32,000 bases of DNA from an uncultured Nitrososphaerota archaeon (GCA_964480775.1 CAYZRF010000001.1:88201-120200); one strand, 5' to 3'; positions 9,501 through 17,720 are shown, counted from the stretch's first letter. Numbers and translations: made by a program. Notes: generated by a model from the sequence alone, not told the origin.

Positions 9501-9879
9501 TCTTGGCATAGGCGATAGCCCTTTGCTCTGCTTGTCTGACAAGGAGGACGGTCGGAACAACGACTAAGCTCTTCCCCCAGCCTTTACTAGAGTAAAAAAG
9601 GGACATAATTATGCCGAAAACTGTCTTCCCGATACCTGTCGGAGCAATCGCAGCGAAGCTTTGTTGTTGCAGCACCCTTTTGGCCCAAGATCGTTGGGCT
9701 TCCCAAAGTTCAAACCTCGTGCATCTCTCAAAAAAGGAACAAAACTCATCGCACAAGCTGATGAGATTACCAAGTTCCTTCTCAGGCGAGCACATTTCAT
9801 CTGGTTTGTGGGTAACTAAGTTAAGGCTGTAACCAGGACAAAGCTTCTTGTAGACTGCAGGTATCATTCTCGCAAGCAA
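6583..9879 (-). CDS. rgy: Reverse gyrase (SF2 helicase-like domain fused to type IA topoisomerase)
   Basis: Helicase motifs AIAPTGIGKT, FIFVDDVD, SSATARP and QGSGRTSR. Toprim LLFIVESPNKARTIASFFG and IGTDPDVEGEKIAWD. Internal zinc ribbon CQVCGYQFTEGENCPVCG. Catalytic GLITYHRTDS. TTG start at 9879 preceded by GAAGGT; an alternative ATG lies at 9867. Confidence 0.95.
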   Translation of the reverse strand: MLARMIPAVYKKLCPGYSLNLVTHKPDEMCSPEKELGNLISLCDEFCSFFERCTRFELWEAQRSWAKRVLQQQSFAAIAPTGIGKTVFGIIMSLFYSSKGWGKSLVVVPTVLLVRQAEQRAIAYAKKGGLELRIVAYGGVRKVRERERLLETIKEGNFDVLIITSQFLARRSDILANNTFSFIFVDDVDSLLKNSKNVDRVLVLLGFPHEVVESALRAVKIERKDLPKGVIMLSSATARPGRRAILFRRLLGFDIGVLREGVLRNVEDIEVPDKSKEILSEIAQTMGGGLLVYVPKLELVDEVIDALESAGLRAEEVSGSKETSIQAFASRELDALVGAAKPYGVLVRGLDLPERIRYAVFYGAPHFEFSLEKLEEASPRAIGTVLSTIAPLLGRESKLLSLKLRSGRFVEEDLARAKDLLSQILSNSEFWEKLSGLGDVVVRYENGIKVLLPDIRTYIQGSGRTSRLFPGGLSKGAAFLIEEGSLLNAFVKRASIFDIEFKPIDQVNLESLKEEIDSDRKRIRGLKGKKVPPEMMPKTLLFIVESPNKARTIASFFGRPSRRNIEGLPAYDFSTGNQLVTIVATGGHVVDLSTKEGYHGVLVEDDLFVPVYCTLKRCQVCGYQFTEGENCPVCGSSNILDSKRTLRVLRRLAFENERVIIGTDPDVEGEKIAWDIASLIRPFSKDVFRAEFHEVTKSAIIKALSELRDISENRVKAQIVRRIEDRWIGFELSQILQKVFKNRNLSAGRAQTPTLGWIIQRYKEHLKREDITLIEGDGICFRIEGKVGKPGETKAYVEVVAEEYVNVPPPPPFTTDEMLKEANRVLKLGASETMSLAQNLFEAGLITYHRTDSHRVSEAGLRVARVFLGEKFRPRVWEGEGAHECIRPTKPMTVDDLIRYMREGLLKPQVELKRNHMRLYDLIFRRFMASMSENARLKKQRIKVMIAGASSDLERYVEATIPGWTMIYPYRFRIERPLKSGEILVRIKHKRAPKVPLYTQGEVIATMRERGIGRPSTYAVILQKLLMRRYVIEKNGKLIPTKIGITVYDFLTKKYPTLISEDRTRTLEEKMSMIEEGRFEYQEAIKEVYHEIRSLVKV

Positions 9880-9906
9880 GTATACCTTCGTCCTTAAAAT
9901 TTGAAC

Positions 9907-11991
9907 TTAAATTGCCTCATCACCCCAGGATGATGAAATCCTCTCTACGACACCATCTCTCATCTCTACCTTCGTGTCAGCATACTTGAGCACATCTTCT
10001 TGGTGGCTAATCACGATCACCTGCTTGAAAGACTTCTTCAGGTTCCTTGCCATGAGTTCCATTATCTTCTCCCTTCTCTCCGAGTCGCTAGATGCGAGGA
10101 CTTCGTCTAGAAACAAGAATTCTGGATGAGCTCCTCTAACACTCGGGACAAGGGACAGGGTGAAAGCAAGACGCATGGAGAGAAGAATTTGATCCTGAGT
10201 CCCTCCACTGAACGAGCGGAGCTCCTTGTACTCTCCAGCACTCGAGTCGTATACAAACACATCGTAACTCTCGTTTACTGCTACTGCAAGGTACCTGTTT
10301 AACGTTATTACAGGAAGAATAGTTGACATCCCTTCACTTACTGCTGGGATGACGGCCTTTCTTGATGCCTCAGCAGATTCCTCTAGTAACTTGATCGCAT
10401 ATTTTACGGTATTGAGCTTTCTCTCAAGCTCCTTGACTTTTTTCTGTTGTTCCTCAATTTTCTCCTCTATTCCAGCATTTCTCTCCAGATACTCTCTTAT
10501 ACTAACGAGCCTATCCTCTAGCTGCTTTAATTGGCCCTTTCTATTCCCTAGTTCTTGTGTCCACCTCCTAAATTCAATTTCAATCTCCTTTAAGATTGCT
10601 GGAGAGAATTTGGGAACGTCTGGAGGCAATTCAGGTTCAAACAATGATTCTAGAGAGGTTCTGATCCCATCAATTTCCTCTACAAGCGCACTTCTCTCTT
10701 GCTCAAGCTGCTCAATTTCTCTATCAATTCTCTCCTTTTCTTCGAGGAACTTATTGATCTCACGGTATTTCTCAGCCGATGCTCCAAGTTCTCTTGCCTC
10801 TTCAAGGAGGTCAGCCCTTTCCTTTCTTAGCTGTCCCGCTCTAGCATGTAGTTGAACGCCATAAAGTGCTATAACAAGTCCTATCGATAGGACAGCAAGG
10901 TACTTTATTCCTAACATTATGATCAGAGGAATTCCGACTAAGGCTACCATTATTCCAAGAAATTCAAAAGGTCTTGCTTTTCTTTCGGAGTTTTGGGCTT
11001 CTCTTTCCTTCGAATCTGCTAGTTCTTTGATCTTTTGTAACTTCAAGGAAGCATCTTTAAACTTCCTTCTAAGCTCGATTTCACCTCTTATTTCAGATAA
11101 TCTGCGTCTCTTTTCTTCAATTCTATGATCTATGGTTTCCAGTCTTTTTGAACTAGATCTTAACTCAGTTTCAAATTGTTGTTTCATATTGACATATTCC
11201 TGGAACTTCCTAAGTGCGGTCAGCTTTGAGTTGAGTCTTTTGACCATGCTTTCTGCGTGGACTATAGAGCTTTCTTCATCTTCAGGTCCTTTTAAAGCCT
11301 GAATTTTGGGGATAACCTCCTCTAGCTCTTTCTCTCTGTTCTTATACTCTTCTAGTCTTGTTTTCAAATGTTCGAGTTCTTCTCTTGCTCTTCTAAGCTC
11401 CCCAAGTGTTTTAACAGTTCCTTCAAGGCGCTTTCTCTCTTCGTTAAGCTCTTCAATTGCTTTATCAAAGCTCTCTCGCATCATTATCTTGTCTATTAAT
11501 TCTCTCCTATCTTTCCTAGTCTTCTCCTTTATTCTGGCCAAGTCTTTTTGCATGACAAAGATCGTGCTTCTTGCCTCCTCTGGACCCATTCCTCCAAGCA
11601 TGTTCGAAATCTCAGCGTCAACAGCCATTTTTCCACTAGCTATAAGCTCCCTTCTATTCTCTTTTAGCTTAAAGAGCCTTGCAGTGCTTCTTGTTCCTCT
11701 AGCATCCCTTTCAATCGTTCTTACAACTTCATACTTTTCGCCTTCGGATTCGAAACCAAGCCTCAGGAGAGCTTTGGTCCTCCCGTATGCCAAATAATCC
11801 TCAAGCTTGGATTCGGTTTCCATAGTCCTGCCAAATAGCGAAAAAAACACAGCCTCCATAACGCTAGTCTTACCGCTTTCATTTGGACCTCTTATCCCTA
11901 TGATGCCTTCAGAGAAATCTATTCTGAACGAACCTTGACTTCCTCTAAGATGTTTGAAGCCACTTGCCTCTAAGTAGGTTAGTTTCACCAC
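9907..11991 (-). CDS. rad50: Rad50-family SMC-like ABC ATPase, atypical: no zinc hook, central hydrophobic hairpin
   Basis: Walker A GPNESGKTS, Q-loop FVMQKD, signature SFSGGTQ, Walker B/D-loop FLFLDEVLASSD and H-loop VISHQ. Long coiled-coil arms. The GTG start overlaps the mre11 stop (GTGGTGA) with GGGAGG upstream. There are no Cys residues. Residues ~342-379 are FEFLGIMVALVGIPLIIMLGIKYLAVLSIGLVIALYGV. Confidence 0.85.
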   Translation of the reverse strand: MVKLTYLEASGFKHLRGSQGSFRIDFSEGIIGIRGPNESGKTSVMEAVFFSLFGRTMETESKLEDYLAYGRTKALLRLGFESEGEKYEVVRTIERDARGTRSTARLFKLKENRRELIASGKMAVDAEISNMLGGMGPEEARSTIFVMQKDLARIKEKTRKDRRELIDKIMMRESFDKAIEELNEERKRLEGTVKTLGELRRAREELEHLKTRLEEYKNREKELEEVIPKIQALKGPEDEESSIVHAESMVKRLNSKLTALRKFQEYVNMKQQFETELRSSSKRLETIDHRIEEKRRRLSEIRGEIELRRKFKDASLKLQKIKELADSKEREAQNSERKARPFEFLGIMVALVGIPLIIMLGIKYLAVLSIGLVIALYGVQLHARAGQLRKERADLLEEARELGASAEKYREINKFLEEKERIDREIEQLEQERSALVEEIDGIRTSLESLFEPELPPDVPKFSPAILKEIEIEFRRWTQELGNRKGQLKQLEDRLVSIREYLERNAGIEEKIEEQQKKVKELERKLNTVKYAIKLLEESAEASRKAVIPAVSEGMSTILPVITLNRYLAVAVNESYDVFVYDSSAGEYKELRSFSGGTQDQILLSMRLAFTLSLVPSVRGAHPEFLFLDEVLASSDSERREKIMELMARNLKKSFKQVIVISHQEDVLKYADTKVEMRDGVVERISSSWGDEAI

Positions 11992-13145
11992 CCACCAGCC
12001 TCCCTGAGGGCATCAACAGCTAACCTGTAAGCATCATCAATCAGTTTTCTTCTATCCTCAGACTCTTCCTTGCTGATGGCTTCCTCGTATATCTTATCTA
12101 GCATCCTAATAGGGCTGGCCAGACTTATCTTGGGGGCCGAAAACGCATCTGGATACTCGAATTCTTCCTCAAGCTTTAGATCAAAGAAAAGCTCTCTTGC
12201 CCTTGCAAGGATCTGATCTTTAGCATATGTGGTTCTAATCTCAGGAAGCATAGCTCCTCTAAGCTTAAGCCTGACAATTGCTTCTCTTGGGACTTCTGAG
12301 GATGTTTTCTCAAGCAAGGATATGATCGTCCCGGTGAGGTTCTCGTTGCCCGAAATCCCATATTCAATCGTCACCATTGGCTTTGTGGGAAGATCAACCT
12401 GTTCTACCCTTTTTACCCCATTTCTATCCGCTTCAATGATCGTAAATCCCTTTTTCTCATTTTCCTCGGAGAAAGAAAGCCTTTCTATAGTTCCAACGTA
12501 GCATATAGTAGGATTTCCCCACTGAACGGTGTGGGCATGTAGGTGTCCTGCTACCACGAGGTCAACTTCCTTTGGTATGCTAGTCCTTCTTATGACATGT
12601 CTTTCCCTTCCTGGAGGGGAAAATCCCTCGATGACGTCATGAATCATAAGGATGTTCATGTCTGCATCGAATTCTCCCAAAGTTCTGATGTTTCTCAAGG
12701 GATCGGTTCCTTCCTCTATGATAAAGGGGTTGAACCCTATTCCGCCCAGCGCCACAGAGATGCCGTCAATTTCGAATTTATCCACTTCTATAACATCTAT
12801 CCTATCGAACAACCTCAGAAGTCCAGCTCTGGAGTAAACGTGGAGAGGAGTAGGCATCCTTCTTGTTTTAGGTCTATCGTGGTGGCCTGGCACCGCATAA
12901 ACCCTAACTCCGGCTTTGTTTAACGCTCTAAGCTCCTCTGCAAACTTGACCAAAGTTAAGAGTCTGGGTCTTACTCTATCAAAAACGTCTCCTGGTAGTA
13001 GAAAGAGGTCTGCCTCCTTTTCCAATGCGTATTCAACAGCTTTTTTGAAGTTCTCTTGAAAGTCCCTTCTCCTTTCTTCCTGCGAACTAGGAGCCATCCA
13101 GCTAAAAACAGGATCTAGATGGGACTCTAAGGCAACTATAAGCAT
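11985..13145 (-). CDS. mre11: Mre11 nuclease (calcineurin-like phosphoesterase) with variant motifs
   Basis: Phosphoesterase motifs in order: ALESHLD (I), PGDVFD (II), PGHHD (III), LMIHDV (IV) and AGHLHAH (V). ATG preceded by TAGGAGG. Sits between herA and rad50. Confidence 0.85.
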   Translation of the reverse strand: MLIVALESHLDPVFSWMAPSSQEERRRDFQENFKKAVEYALEKEADLFLLPGDVFDRVRPRLLTLVKFAEELRALNKAGVRVYAVPGHHDRPKTRRMPTPLHVYSRAGLLRLFDRIDVIEVDKFEIDGISVALGGIGFNPFIIEEGTDPLRNIRTLGEFDADMNILMIHDVIEGFSPPGRERHVIRRTSIPKEVDLVVAGHLHAHTVQWGNPTICYVGTIERLSFSEENEKKGFTIIEADRNGVKRVEQVDLPTKPMVTIEYGISGNENLTGTIISLLEKTSSEVPREAIVRLKLRGAMLPEIRTTYAKDQILARARELFFDLKLEEEFEYPDAFSAPKISLASPIRMLDKIYEEAISKEESEDRRKLIDDAYRLAVDALREAGGW

Positions 13146-13157
13146 TGTAAGAGCCTC

Positions 13158-14774
13158 CTATCCCTTATCCCATTCATCTCCTCTAGGCATGTCAACGTCC
13201 TCAAACCCTTCTATCCCAGCCTCCTCCTTGGCTGCTTTCAACCTCTGCACAACGTCGATGTCAGCCCCTCCCTCTTTAGATCTCCTTCTCTTGATCTTCA
13301 CTGTAACTGGAACCCTGGTAAACTCTCCAACGAGGACAGCCTCTCCAACATTTAAGCCAGGGAGATCACGCAGGAGTTCCTCGCTAACCCTCTCTGCAGC
13401 AGATCTTACAGCTTCCTGATCTTTTGGATTTACCATTGAAAGTATTATCTGGTTCTGACACATGCTTAGGCTATCTGGATCTATTTTACAAGGTCTTTGG
13501 CTTATTAACACTAAGTAGATTCCGAACTTCCTTCCCTCGCTCGCTATAACGTTTACTATCCTCTTGGAGTGGGTTTGTCGATCAGCTGGAACAATCTTGT
13601 GGGCTTCTTCTAAGACCAGAAATACGGGATATCTAAACTTGCCGCTTGAAACAGCCCAATAAATGTCTGAAAGGACTTTGGTGGCTGTGAAATCAAAAGC
13701 ATATCCGGTGACACCAGAGAGGTCTATGACGGAAACGTGCCAAGGCCTAAGGATATCATGCCAAGGAGTTGTGCTCTCTCCAAAAATAGGCAATCCTAGG
13801 AGCCTTTGCCTGACCCTCTCTGCAGCAGAAGAAGCTGCTAAACGTAATCTATTGTCCTTTTCCTCTTCAGCCATAATATTCAGCTTTTCCACTAGGTCAG
13901 ATGCAGTATAGCTTCCTCTATTCTCCTTAAGGAAATCAATTGCCTTAGAAATAGCTCCTCTTATATGAACCGATGTTTGAGGAAGATCCAACATGCTAAA
14001 CAAGTCTTCAGGTTCCAAGTCTGAGAACTTAATGGTAAATTCACTAACTTCTGCAAGAATTTGTGATGGAGAGTATCTTCCAGTACTTCCCGGGTTTCTA
14101 AATATGGTAACCCTTTCTACATATTCCATAGATCTGCCATCTTGAGTCTGTCCAAGGAAGACGTAATCAGCATGCGGGTCTAGTATCACGATAGTTGCTC
14201 CTTTTTCCATCAGACCTTCGATGAGGACTGCTGCTGTATTGCTCTTACCAGCGCCGGTTGCCGCGAGTATTGCCAGGTGTCTCCTTAAGCCTTGAACTGA
14301 AATGGAAACAGGAACTTCTGGCCTTGTTATGAGGCTACCCAGCTCTATGCTTGCCTCCCCATAGGAGAAGAACTTCTTTAGGAGGTCTGAAGGAGCTCTG
14401 TAAACCAATCTTCCTGGGACAATTGCTCTTCTCGGTATTTTCACATTTCCTTCATCCGATAGGTATCCTAGCACTCTTGCCTGAGCGTACGCTACCTTTC
14501 TATCAACTCCCATTTCAGCGATCCTCTCAACTGCTTTATGATCCGTTGTAGGTTGTAGCACCATGCTAGCACTGACTGGCTTTTCTACCTGAGCTAAGAC
14601 AAAGACCCTTTCCATACCCTGAGACGTCCTCTCATGGGATTCAACTATGACGTACTCCCACCTCTCTGGCGGGCCTGAAGAAGGATCGCAGGAGAATATG
14701 AAGCTAGTGGGGGTAGCCTCCCCCACTATCCTCCCAAGAATGTCAAGCTCAGATAATCGAAACACGCCTCTCAC
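13158..14774 (-). CDS. herA: HerA bipolar DNA helicase/translocase (FtsK-HerA superfamily)
   Basis: Walker A ILAATGAGKSNT and Walker B VFLVLEEAHK. N-terminal barrel-like region. Operon context. GTG at 14774; a second GTG at 14765 has a better-placed GGTGA and may be the true start. Confidence 0.9.
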   Translation of the reverse strand: MRGVFRLSELDILGRIVGEATPTSFIFSCDPSSGPPERWEYVIVESHERTSQGMERVFVLAQVEKPVSASMVLQPTTDHKAVERIAEMGVDRKVAYAQARVLGYLSDEGNVKIPRRAIVPGRLVYRAPSDLLKKFFSYGEASIELGSLITRPEVPVSISVQGLRRHLAILAATGAGKSNTAAVLIEGLMEKGATIVILDPHADYVFLGQTQDGRSMEYVERVTIFRNPGSTGRYSPSQILAEVSEFTIKFSDLEPEDLFSMLDLPQTSVHIRGAISKAIDFLKENRGSYTASDLVEKLNIMAEEEKDNRLRLAASSAAERVRQRLLGLPIFGESTTPWHDILRPWHVSVIDLSGVTGYAFDFTATKVLSDIYWAVSSGKFRYPVFLVLEEAHKIVPADRQTHSKRIVNVIASEGRKFGIYLVLISQRPCKIDPDSLSMCQNQIILSMVNPKDQEAVRSAAERVSEELLRDLPGLNVGEAVLVGEFTRVPVTVKIKRRRSKEGGADIDVVQRLKAAKEEAGIEGFEDVDMPRGDEWDKG

Positions 14775-16104
14775 CTCTAGTGTGTAACTCCATCCACCCT
14801 AGCCTGTTCCAAAGGATGGGCTCGTAGATATCAGCAAAAGCCTTTCTACTTATCTTAACTATCCTATCAACATCTGCGAGCCAAACGTTATGATTTTCTG
14901 GGTTCGCATATCCTTTAATCAACGTAACCATAATTTTTGAGAAGAGAGACTTATCATAGTCATAAGTTCTGAGGGCATGAACCCTCTCGAAGTCTCCAAA
15001 CATGAAATCCAAACCAAAGACCCAAGCGGGGATGTCAACTCTGACTGGCTGATCCGTCTCTGAAAACTTACAGCAGGTTGATACTATGGCAGGTAGCTCT
15101 AAAATTAGATTTATTACCCTTTTTACTTCCTTTTCAGCTTTAAATGGATCCTCAGCTTTTCTTGTTGCTCTTCTAGCAATATCTTCAGGTCTTGCCTGAA
15201 GTTCAAGGAAAAGAGCCCTGCTTGTTGATGTGTATGGTCCAACGAGGAGGGGTTCAGAGAATCCTCTCTTTTCTATGCAACTCATTATCACTGCAAAATC
15301 ACTTCTCTCCACCAGTATTTCAGAGGCTATCTCTAAAATCTTCCTTAGTCTGCCACCATACTTTTTGTTAAGTTCCAGTATTAGTGTCATTGAGACCTTG
15401 GGATCTGACTCCAGCGCCCCAGCCGCTGTACTTATTGTTATTTGATCCGCTTCTTCTATCATACCCGAAATGCGCTCTAACTCTTCGTCGAAAAGTTGGA
15501 ACAAGACCATTCTCCTAAGAGGGTATGCCCTGCTGTCCTTTGAAATCCCAACAATCGGTATTTTCCTCTCTCTGCAGGTCTCAAATAGCTGAAAAAGAGC
15601 TCTTGCATACTGCACGGCTAGCTCAGCAGGAATTCTACCTAGGTTATAGACGGAAGCCAGCTCTCTCGCTATCAAAGAACCATCAATCAGGACGATAAAT
15701 TCTCCGCTTGTTTCTTCTATTAGCTTTCTCAAGACCTCGTGCTCTAAAGTCTCCCCCATTCGAGAGATTACATCCCTTACCTCCATAGAACCCAGTAAAG
15801 GTCTCAAATCAAGAACCCTCTCTTCTTTTAGCCTTCCTCCTGGGCCATAAAGCACAGCGACCGCTCTTGCCAATAGTATTGATATCCCAGGAGCATATTC
15901 TTTGCTTAAAAAGCTAGAATCGCTTGCTATAACGTTTTTAAAAGGTTCTTTTGATTCAAAATTGTCGAAAGCCAACCAAAGAGACATGAACTTCTCTTCC
16001 ACTTCTTTGTTAACTGAGCTTAATTCTCCCTTACCAAAAGCAGCCTCGATCTCTCTTCTTCTTCTTTCTACTGCCTCAGCAAATAAATCCAAGAACCTTG
16101 GCAA
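14749..16104 (-). CDS. nurA: NurA 5'-3' nuclease
   Basis: NurA-type motifs VIASDSSF and IVLIDGSL. 451 aa. Overlaps the herA start by up to 26 nt. TTG start with a TATA-like box ~30 nt upstream, so it may be leaderless. Confidence 0.8.
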   Translation of the reverse strand: MPRFLDLFAEAVERRRREIEAAFGKGELSSVNKEVEEKFMSLWLAFDNFESKEPFKNVIASDSSFLSKEYAPGISILLARAVAVLYGPGGRLKEERVLDLRPLLGSMEVRDVISRMGETLEHEVLRKLIEETSGEFIVLIDGSLIARELASVYNLGRIPAELAVQYARALFQLFETCRERKIPIVGISKDSRAYPLRRMVLFQLFDEELERISGMIEEADQITISTAAGALESDPKVSMTLILELNKKYGGRLRKILEIASEILVERSDFAVIMSCIEKRGFSEPLLVGPYTSTSRALFLELQARPEDIARRATRKAEDPFKAEKEVKRVINLILELPAIVSTCCKFSETDQPVRVDIPAWVFGLDFMFGDFERVHALRTYDYDKSLFSKIMVTLIKGYANPENHNVWLADVDRIVKISRKAFADIYEPILWNRLGWMELHTRGERRVSII

Positions 16105-16132
16105 TCTAATCCCTACTATAGAGTGAATACCC

Positions 16133-16140
16133 TTAATAAT
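16133..16140 (-). promoter_or_regulatory. TATA-like box (ATTATTAA on minus strand) upstream of nurA
   Basis: AT-rich octamer 29-36 nt upstream of the nurA TTG start. The spacing fits an archaeal promoter driving a leaderless or near-leaderless transcript. Confidence 0.3.
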
Positions 16141-16180
16141 CTCCCCGCAATCACTTGCCTCTCCGATCTATCCAGATAAC

Positions 16181-17002
16181 CTAAGCGGTTTCAGCTTTCT
16201 TAAAGATGAACTCGCAATAGGGGTCCCCCATTGCTATGCATTTTACTTCGCTTGACTCTAAGTCGACGCCCAAAAATGCTGAAAAAAGTCCTTCTAGGTA
16301 GCCTCTTACGAAATGACATCTTGGTTTGCTGCTTCTCCCTTCAAAAGCAGCGGACTCGTATAAATCGTATATACGCAATCTTATGAACTTTTTATCTAAA
16401 TCTGCTTCTAGCAGCTCAGGAATACCCCACCCTGCAGCCTGAAGTGACTTTAGATCTTCTCTGAGGAATTCCTTTGTTATGTTTTTAGAACGAAATATCT
16501 TGCCACTTACTTCTCCCCTTGTTTTCCCTAGGAAATACAGAAAAGCCTCTCCTCCAGTTCCATATTTGTCGTGTATTTCCTTTATAAAGAAAGATAAGCC
16601 CTCTCTATCTTCCAGAATTACTCTTTGTCCTCCTGAGTCTACAGTTATAGGATAACACAAAATGTTGAAGATCTTGTCCTTTACAGGGCTTTTTCTTATT
16701 TTATATTCTTCAATCTCACCCTCTCTCTTTAATATAGAAAATAATTCTTCGAGATTGTTCTCTGCTTTTTTCATCCTCAAGAAACACGCCAGGTAGACTA
16801 CATCTTCACGTATAGTTAAGTTAAGAGATGCAGGCTCAAATCCGCTATCTGAGCACCTTGACATTATTAAAGAGAGTTTTCTTGCAAGATCATTTCTCTT
16901 AAGCTTAATTGCTGTCTCAACGATTTTTTCAGATGGAGAAAGCATGAAAAAAACATCTATAGGATAGAAAACTCCTTCTCCTCTGTCGGTCCTTTCACTC
17001 AA
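16181..17002 (-). CDS. V4R (4-vinyl reductase) domain protein
   Basis: C-terminal CHFVRGYLEGLFSAFLGVDLESSEVKCIAMGDPYCEFIF is a textbook V4R motif (C..GxxxG...E..C..G...C.F). TTG start; TATA-like TTTTTTATA ~30 nt upstream. Confidence 0.7.
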   Translation of the reverse strand: MSERTDRGEGVFYPIDVFFMLSPSEKIVETAIKLKRNDLARKLSLIMSRCSDSGFEPASLNLTIREDVVYLACFLRMKKAENNLEELFSILKREGEIEEYKIRKSPVKDKIFNILCYPITVDSGGQRVILEDREGLSFFIKEIHDKYGTGGEAFLYFLGKTRGEVSGKIFRSKNITKEFLREDLKSLQAAGWGIPELLEADLDKKFIRLRIYDLYESAAFEGRSSKPRCHFVRGYLEGLFSAFLGVDLESSEVKCIAMGDPYCEFIFKKAETA

Positions 17003-17060
17003 TGATTATCATAAGTACTTAGGATAAGCGTATAAAAAACCTTAATTATTGTGGGATAAG

Positions 17061-17573
17061 CTAAGAAAGCCTCACCTTCCTAGCTATCCGCTTAAGAACC
17101 TCTATTCTATCTTTTCTTCCATCTGCCATGGCCTTCAAAACCTGTTTAATCCCGTCTCTATCCCTAAGAATAAAAGAAAAAGCGATCAAGTTAACCATCA
17201 TTAGGTACTCTGGTCCTGAGAATGTTGTGTGCCATCTAATTAAGCTAACAACATCGTTGTCTTTTACAATGCCTTTTTCTATCTTAGTTATCATGTCTTC
17301 ATATCTCCTTAAGGCTTCCATTACTTTAGATCCAACTATGTCTTCACAGCCAGCTATGTCCTTTTCCACTAGAGGAGAGGCAAGTGACTTAGCGATACGC
17401 CGAAGAACATTTTTTCTCATGTATGAATCCATTGAAAGGTAATCGAATGCTATTTTTATCTCCTCTTCATCAAAGATCTTCGATAGTGCTAGGTAGAAAC
17501 GCCCCATTCTCTCCTCTAGATAGCTGAGACATAGTATTGTCCTAGCCAAGTCGAAAGAGCTTTGTTTCTTCAT
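17061..17573 (-). CDS. Hypothetical all-helical protein
   Basis: 170-aa ORF with an ATG start and ATTTTTAAATTA ~30 nt upstream. Predicted helical; no metal or nucleotide motifs recognised. Confidence 0.5.
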   Translation of the reverse strand: MKKQSSFDLARTILCLSYLEERMGRFYLALSKIFDEEEIKIAFDYLSMDSYMRKNVLRRIAKSLASPLVEKDIAGCEDIVGSKVMEALRRYEDMITKIEKGIVKDNDVVSLIRWHTTFSGPEYLMMVNLIAFSFILRDRDGIKQVLKAMADGRKDRIEVLKRIARKVRLS

Positions 17574-17720
17574 ATAACCAAAGTAACCCTAGATAAGCCT
17601 AATTTAAAAATGAAACGTACGCTTAGACACAAACAAATCGTTATTTACTGTTCTTCTACACTTCATTCGATGGAGTTATTTTTAAGCTAGATTGAGAAAA
17701 TGCAAGCAACCTATCCTCTA

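Noticed and set aside
6983-9832. Multiple 70-110 aa plus-strand ORFs, and one 63-aa minus-strand ORF in another frame, overlapping reverse gyrase
   Set aside because: They are shadow ORFs within a gene whose own frame carries every reverse gyrase motif. None has SD or TATA context or a recognisable domain.
10349-11797. Long plus-strand ORFs (168, 69 and 163 aa) rich in Ser/Leu/Phe inside the rad50 locus
   Set aside because: They are the antisense image of E/K/L-rich coiled-coil coding sequence (GAA/AAG/CTT read backwards). They have low-complexity composition and no start context. The rad50 frame has strong motif support.
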